Assembly: GCF_037042905.1 (NCBI RefSeq)
Contig: NC_087251.1
Span: forward strand, 620,001 to 684,000
Direction: 5' to 3'
Source of the DNA: Lytechinus pictus
Taxonomy: Eukaryota
DNA length: 64,000 nucleotides
Position 1 is the stretch's first letter, and each line of letters opens with the position of its first letter. This document shows positions 63,350-64,000 of this stretch, one piece after another. Position numbers and translations under genes: made by a program. Below the pieces are notes generated by a model, which did not search any database, was not told the origin of the DNA, and worked only from the letters and a program-made list of their open reading frames with translations.

Positions 63350-64000
63350 TGAACAGGATTCTTTGCGGCAGTAGCGTGAGAGTAAAAAAAAAAAACGAGG
63401 GGCGCAGTATAGCACATGTGCTAAAAAGCTGCTTTATATAAGTCCCGAGAGAGCGAAGTGAGCGAGAAAAAAATCAACTATTAATGAGAATCTAACTTTG
63501 AGCTATTATTGACATTATATTCAGTAAATAAAACCGTATCCTACACTTTTCCTTTGCTTTTCTTTCCTCCTTTTTTGTTGTTCTTGTTTGTAGAACTTTT
63601 TGGAGCCATGGCCCAACTCTGCCATACGCAGTGCTGTGCAGTTGGGGTCCGGGGCGGAGCCCCCAGAACTTTTTTATATCAAAGCCATTAAACCTCGCAT
63701 ATTGCCGCTATTATTTTTAATCAAATCGCGGGCATATACAGAATATAGCTTTTACACAACACATTCATTCAACCCAGTTGCGTAATGAACCAAATATTTT
63801 GAGGGGGCAAAACATAGCAATGTGTGAAAAATTAGTAAAAAGTTGCCAGCGTGCAAAGCGAGCTGGAAAAAAGAAATTGCCTATTGAAATTAAATTATAA
63901 TTATGTGATAGATTTTTTCATTATATTCAGCAAATAACACATTTCATTGTTTCTATTCATTTCATTATATGTTGTCTCCTATAGTTTCTTTTATTTCCTC

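Overview
Animal genomic DNA, AT-rich; the repeat types suggest a marine invertebrate deuterostome, probably a sea urchin (inference). Two spliced genes sit head-to-head with only 277 bp between their start codons. A complete 4-exon neudesin (NENF, MAPR/cytochrome-b5-like, 146 aa) is on the minus strand (7479-20974). The first six coding exons of actin-related protein 2 (ACTR2/Arp2) are on the plus strand (21252-60049, continuing beyond the window). The introns are inflated by deeply nested non-autonomous DNA transposons with readable target-site duplications (TSDs) of 2-9 bp, long palindromes, Helentron-like tandem-array elements, a decayed L2/CR1-group LINE and two SINEs. The most notable observations are: candidate in-frame microexons in Arp2 intron 2, where vertebrate and fly Arp2 carry a D-loop microexon; pervasive TA-NNNN-TA palindromic 6-bp insertion footprints; a 14-kb nested foldback element; 7.7-kb and 8.2-kb TIR elements with unidentified cargo; and a young 840-bp 9-bp-TSD element whose two copies bracket the shared promoter. 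No prokaryotic system, CRISPR array or intact transposase was seen. All coordinates were read by eye, and superfamily labels are inferred from termini and TSD length only.
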